NCBI GenBank assembly: GCA_965659445.1 | Contig: CBFHWX010000002.1 | Location: 9,243-73,242 of the forward strand | Direction: 5' to 3' | From: Limisphaerales bacterium | Lineage (GTDB): Bacteria > Verrucomicrobiota > Verrucomicrobiia > Limisphaerales > UBA1100 | Length of the DNA stretch: 64,000 bases | Shown: one piece after another, positions 60,610-64,000 of the stretch | Layout of the letters: each line of letters begins with the position of its first letter | Position numbering within the stretch: the stretch's first letter is position 1 | Notes under the pieces: model-generated | Told to the model about the DNA's origin: nothing | What the model saw: only the letters and a program-made list of their open reading frames with translations | Databases searched by the model: none | Made by a program: the position numbers and the translations under genes

Positions 60610-61827
60610 CTAGGTGATAGCAAACTCCGTGGCCTGTGAGGGCCTTCCGGATTGTTCGCCTGAAAGCTTCATTAAGTTTACCTTGGCCTGTTCACTTGCC
60701 GGAAACCGGTTCAGCTCATCCATGAATAGTGTCTTAGCCTCATTTTCGGCACCGGCCGTTGCGAAGGCCACGCCAAGTTGATTGCGCACGCCGCGTGTAT
60801 TTGGCGCGGAATTCAAGACACACTGCAGGCTTGGGATGGCTGCTTGAGGCTGATTCATGAATAAATTCAAAAGACCCAGCATTTGGTGGGCATCCATATT
60901 GTTCGGGAATTGTTCTGTGATTACCTCCAGTTCACGAACCGCAGAATGGTGTTTGGTTTGTTCAATAGCTCCTTTTACGGTTTGCATCAGGATGCGCTCG
61001 AGGTCTTTCGAGGAGTGTCGCACTACATCGTTTCCTTCAATGGGTAAATCTGAGGAGATGTTTAAGGCAATGTTTCGCGCCTGATTTTTAACCATTGTTC
61101 GATAGAAATCGCCTGCTATAAAATCAAAATTCCATTTCCGATCACTATGCCATCGTTCGGATTGATCGGAGTCCACGGCCTCATGCAAGCGGCGATGAAT
61201 GAGAGGTTGGTCGGTAAACAGGGTTCGGTTGATGCCATGATGATGATGCAAATACCATTGCAGACACAGGGTCCAAGCATCGGTAAACGATACATGTCCC
61301 AGCCCTCCACAAATCTCAAGCAGTTTGCGACTCCAAAAAGGACCTTCATCAATCACCTCAATCGTGTCCATGTGGTCGAGAGAAAAATCGAGATAAAAAG
61401 GGGAGTTTTTATAATCAGGTCGATAGAAAGGAGGGTGTGGCAATTGATGGATAATATAAATGTCATCGTCAAATGCATTCGTCCGGCTCAAAACGGTCTC
61501 ATCCCATCCTTCCTTAACAATGATAAAATCGTCGGCAAAACACCCCATCACAGTACTGCGTGAATCTGCCAGGGACATGACTCGTGTGTAGCCGATGTGA
61601 ATGTCAATGTATCCGCGGCCCCGTGGCTCAATGAGGTACTTGATGGCAAAGGGATATTGATCCAGCGTCCTTACAAATTCCGGTACCAACCGGTCATCAG
61701 AATCAAATTTAACCAACACCTCAAAATTATCATAATTGGAACTCTTTTCCTTGAGGCCATCAAGAAGATTGGACAAACCCCAGTTTGGGTTGCCTTCGAT
61801 TCTTGAGGTTATTAGTAAACTAATCAT
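60610..61827 (-). CDS. GT-A-like domain fused to C-terminal TPR repeats
   Basis: The N-terminus has ISLLITSRIEGNP...FEVLVKFDSDD...CFADDF. The C-terminal ~110 aa are TPR-like (AHQMLGLLNLFMNQPQAAIPSLQCVLNSAPNTRGVRNQLGVAFATAG...). It ends 2 nt before the next gene. Confidence 0.6.
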   Translation of the reverse strand: MISLLITSRIEGNPNWGLSNLLDGLKEKSSNYDNFEVLVKFDSDDRLVPEFVRTLDQYPFAIKYLIEPRGRGYIDIHIGYTRVMSLADSRSTVMGCFADDFIIVKEGWDETVLSRTNAFDDDIYIIHQLPHPPFYRPDYKNSPFYLDFSLDHMDTIEVIDEGPFWSRKLLEICGGLGHVSFTDAWTLCLQWYLHHHHGINRTLFTDQPLIHRRLHEAVDSDQSERWHSDRKWNFDFIAGDFYRTMVKNQARNIALNISSDLPIEGNDVVRHSSKDLERILMQTVKGAIEQTKHHSAVRELEVITEQFPNNMDAHQMLGLLNLFMNQPQAAIPSLQCVLNSAPNTRGVRNQLGVAFATAGAENEAKTLFMDELNRFPASEQAKVNLMKLSGEQSGRPSQATEFAIT

Positions 61828-61887
61828 CTAATGTTTCAATCCACGACCGTATCAATACAGAATCTCACCGCCTCTTCGTCCGTCAAG

Positions 61888-61904
61888 CAGCATTTCCCGA
61901 GCCA
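61888..61904 (-). promoter_or_regulatory. Degenerate sigma-54-like element (TGGCTCgggaaATGCTG) upstream of the GT-A/TPR gene
   Basis: GG and GC are retained at consensus spacing and the TGCTG extension is shared. There is one mismatch in the -24 box. The predicted start is about 51 nt upstream of the ATG at 61827. Confidence 0.3.
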
Positions 61905-61935
61905 CTTTTGGTGAAAAATCGGTAATTTGACTTAA

Positions 61936-63981
61936 TCATAAAGCTGCCATTCTTTGATATTCATCCTCATAAAATTGAGATTTTTGAGGTTTTGAAAAAA
62001 TATTAGCAATTTCAAGGGTTGCTGAATCCTTTGCGCCCGTCAGATTTATGCATTGCTTTAGTGCCACAAAGGCGTTTTCACGATCGCCGGCGTTGGCCAT
62101 TTGAGTGATATTTTCCAATGCCGAATTGAGCAGTGTATCCAAGGCTGGTTTCAGTCTGTTTTGGAAAGGAAAAGAGACCATGACACACATGCCCTGTTCA
62201 GCCAGCTTTTGGATATCTTCTGGAGGATGGTGAGCCAATCGGAAATCTTCCCCCAAGGCTGGTGAGAGCGCATAAAATAATTCGCCCACTTGTGCGAGCT
62301 GGTAGCCGCGATATTCACCCAATGAGATAACCGTTTGCCCCGTGGAAACATCTTGGGTTAATAAGTCATACACTGGTGTATTTTCAGCATGTTGGCTAAG
62401 GAGTTGAGCAAATCGACGTCGAGTGATGTTGGCCGCCCTTGAGCGACATAGTTCATTATTAAAAATTCGGTGAGTCCAATCTGCCGCCGTCCGTTCTGCA
62501 AGTATGGAAAGTCGAAGATTTCCATCTTCTGCTCTCATCGCTTGTTCCAATAAACGTTGGCTCGCGATGGTCAGTTTGCCTAATTTTATGGCGTGTCGTA
62601 TTTTATCATCGTTTTCGGATAATAGTATCCTGTGTTTTTGACAATCAGATTGGCTTGTAGGTGCTGATTCATATCCCAACTGAGTTAACGCTTCATTTGC
62701 GATGTCGTGAAAGCAGGCGGCGTGGCTACCGTTGATTTGCGCTTGTGGCCTTGAGTTCTCAATAGAAAAGTTGGAAATAGCATCGTTAATGGCATTCGGT
62801 GTTCGGTGAACATTTAAAAATTTGAGAACTTCCTGTACCACCTGTACCGGGTGGGTTTGCATGTCTTCATACCGTATGACTTGCAAACGCATAATTTTGG
62901 CCATCTCCAGCCAATATAGGTTGAATAAACCCCAAGTCTCCGCAGGAGGTAATTTAAATAGTCCTGGGAAATGTTCCGGCCATTCCTCAGGGGTGAGAAG
63001 ATAATCCTTAAAAGACATGCTCTCTGAATGGTGTTGATGATAGTGGGAATGCACCGCGTCACGACCGTCCCGAGTTAGGAGGATGCTGGGCTGGTGTGTG
63101 TTCCTTGCAAAATCCAGACGATGGTTAATACGGCTTTTCAAGCCCATTGCGTGCAGCACATTTACCAACCACTCGGCTCCGCTGAGGAAGGGGGCAGATA
63201 CGATTTGAACTTCGGGATGGGCCTCCATATGGGTGTAGCCCCAGCGCTGCAGAAAGCAGTCAAAGTGTTCATGAAATGCTTTTATTACATTATCATCAAA
63301 CTGGTTCTTCCAATCGCCGCTAATGCCCTTACGGTACATGAAACTGGTTCGGATCGTCGGGCCATCCTCACCGCACTTCCGTCCGGCAACTGCCTCAAAA
63401 CTGTTCTGCTTACACACCTCTTGTAATTCTGGTTCTGGTAATTCTAATCCGAGAGAGTGTAGAATAGAATGTACGGCTGCTGGAATATCCCGCTTCATTT
63501 CTTCAAATGAAAGTGTGTGGACATTGGGTTGATCCAAATGAATCCACTCGTCTGCGTGATGAAACATTCCTCCAAACTCCGAGCTGATATAATCCAAATA
63601 TAATTGCTTTTCCGTATGACCCTCATGGAGTTCACGATGGATTAGATCTTTAACGTGTGATACAAGGACATCGCGTGGGTCACGGAATAAACAGATGAAT
63701 CGAAAATCTTCCCGGTCGAGAAATCGCTCAAAAACACTTGCTGGACTGTGGGTCCAATGAAAAATAGGTGCCTCTTCAGTGAATTGTTTTTCAAATTCAA
63801 TTGAGTCTCCAGGCCCCCCCAGCGCCGTGTATTGAAACTTTTCAGTCAGTAATTCGACAAGAATGGGCACGATGGCCGATGCACCCGCATTGTTCAGGTT
63901 ATAAAAAACCACATGCGGTCGTTTGGACCAATCAGATTCTCTTGTGCAATGTTGCCGATGCTTGTGGTGTGCTGATCTCAT
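61936..63981 (-). CDS. Tandem-domain sulfotransferase with a C-terminal helical region
   Basis: Domain 1 has LFRDPRDVLVSHV (3'-phosphate-binding motif) and YRKGISGDWKNQFD (Sulfotransfer_1 hallmark). The second, diverged domain has SAPFLSGAEW and ILLTRDGRDAVHSHY. It is 681 aa. Confidence 0.8.
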   Translation of the reverse strand: MRSAHHKHRQHCTRESDWSKRPHVVFYNLNNAGASAIVPILVELLTEKFQYTALGGPGDSIEFEKQFTEEAPIFHWTHSPASVFERFLDREDFRFICLFRDPRDVLVSHVKDLIHRELHEGHTEKQLYLDYISSEFGGMFHHADEWIHLDQPNVHTLSFEEMKRDIPAAVHSILHSLGLELPEPELQEVCKQNSFEAVAGRKCGEDGPTIRTSFMYRKGISGDWKNQFDDNVIKAFHEHFDCFLQRWGYTHMEAHPEVQIVSAPFLSGAEWLVNVLHAMGLKSRINHRLDFARNTHQPSILLTRDGRDAVHSHYHQHHSESMSFKDYLLTPEEWPEHFPGLFKLPPAETWGLFNLYWLEMAKIMRLQVIRYEDMQTHPVQVVQEVLKFLNVHRTPNAINDAISNFSIENSRPQAQINGSHAACFHDIANEALTQLGYESAPTSQSDCQKHRILLSENDDKIRHAIKLGKLTIASQRLLEQAMRAEDGNLRLSILAERTAADWTHRIFNNELCRSRAANITRRRFAQLLSQHAENTPVYDLLTQDVSTGQTVISLGEYRGYQLAQVGELFYALSPALGEDFRLAHHPPEDIQKLAEQGMCVMVSFPFQNRLKPALDTLLNSALENITQMANAGDRENAFVALKQCINLTGAKDSATLEIANIFSKPQKSQFYEDEYQRMAAL

Positions 63982-64000
63982 GGTCGTTCAGGCAATTGTT

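Noticed and set aside
1-64000. I looked for rRNA, tRNA, CRISPR arrays, transposases, integrases, toxin-antitoxin pairs and known defence-system signatures.
   Set aside because: None was recognised by eye. All sizeable intergenic gaps were read on both strands and contain only promoters, terminators or hairpins as listed. A covariance-model scan (tRNAscan or Infernal) and a defence-system HMM scan would be needed to exclude small RNAs or cryptic systems formally.

Overview
All calls were made by eye from the sequence and the supplied ORF track, using motif recognition. No searches or computations were run. The window holds a near-complete flagellar gene supercluster of a diderm bacterium, followed by a roughly 27-kb glycan biosynthesis and protein-glycosylation island. 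Gene order and composition suggest a PVC/Verrucomicrobia-like organism, but this was not verified. The minus-strand block (1-15908) reads, in transcription order: a 1090-aa Sel1/trypsin-like protein, a 90-aa membrane protein, fliA, motA, motB, an unknown, then fliD, an orphan lipoprotein, a FlgM-like ORF, fliS and a FliT-like ORF. After a terminator come flgF, flgG, flgA, flgH, flgI and flgK (partial at the window edge). The divergent plus-strand block (16222-36456) reads flgB, flgC, fliE, fliF, fliG, fliH, fliI, fliJ, a ylxF-like ORF, fliK, flgD, flgE, fliL, fliM, fliN, then fliO, fliP, fliQ, fliR, flhB, then flhA and flhF. A sigma-54-type element (TGGCAY-N5-NTGCTG) recurs at the head of five flagellar transcription units. 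Degenerate copies precede two glycan genes. From 36459 to the window end lie three TPR-fused glycosyltransferases (one of 2443 aa), two lipoproteins, and an AT-rich islet with a B12-binding radical SAM enzyme. The same region carries a CMP-ulosonic acid module (KdsC-like phosphatase, SAF-less NeuB-like synthase, cytidylyltransferase). Tailoring genes follow: a class III aminotransferase, a VOC protein, a SAM methyltransferase, a TIM-barrel isomerase, two SDRs, a GT2 and a tandem-domain sulfotransferase. I recognised no flagellin, flgJ, flhG, che, rpoN, rRNA, tRNA, CRISPR or transposase genes. The best candidate for a novel system is the flagellum-linked glycan island, which may be sigma-54 co-regulated. 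The second candidate is the Sel1/pseudoprotease plus small membrane protein pair upstream of fliA.
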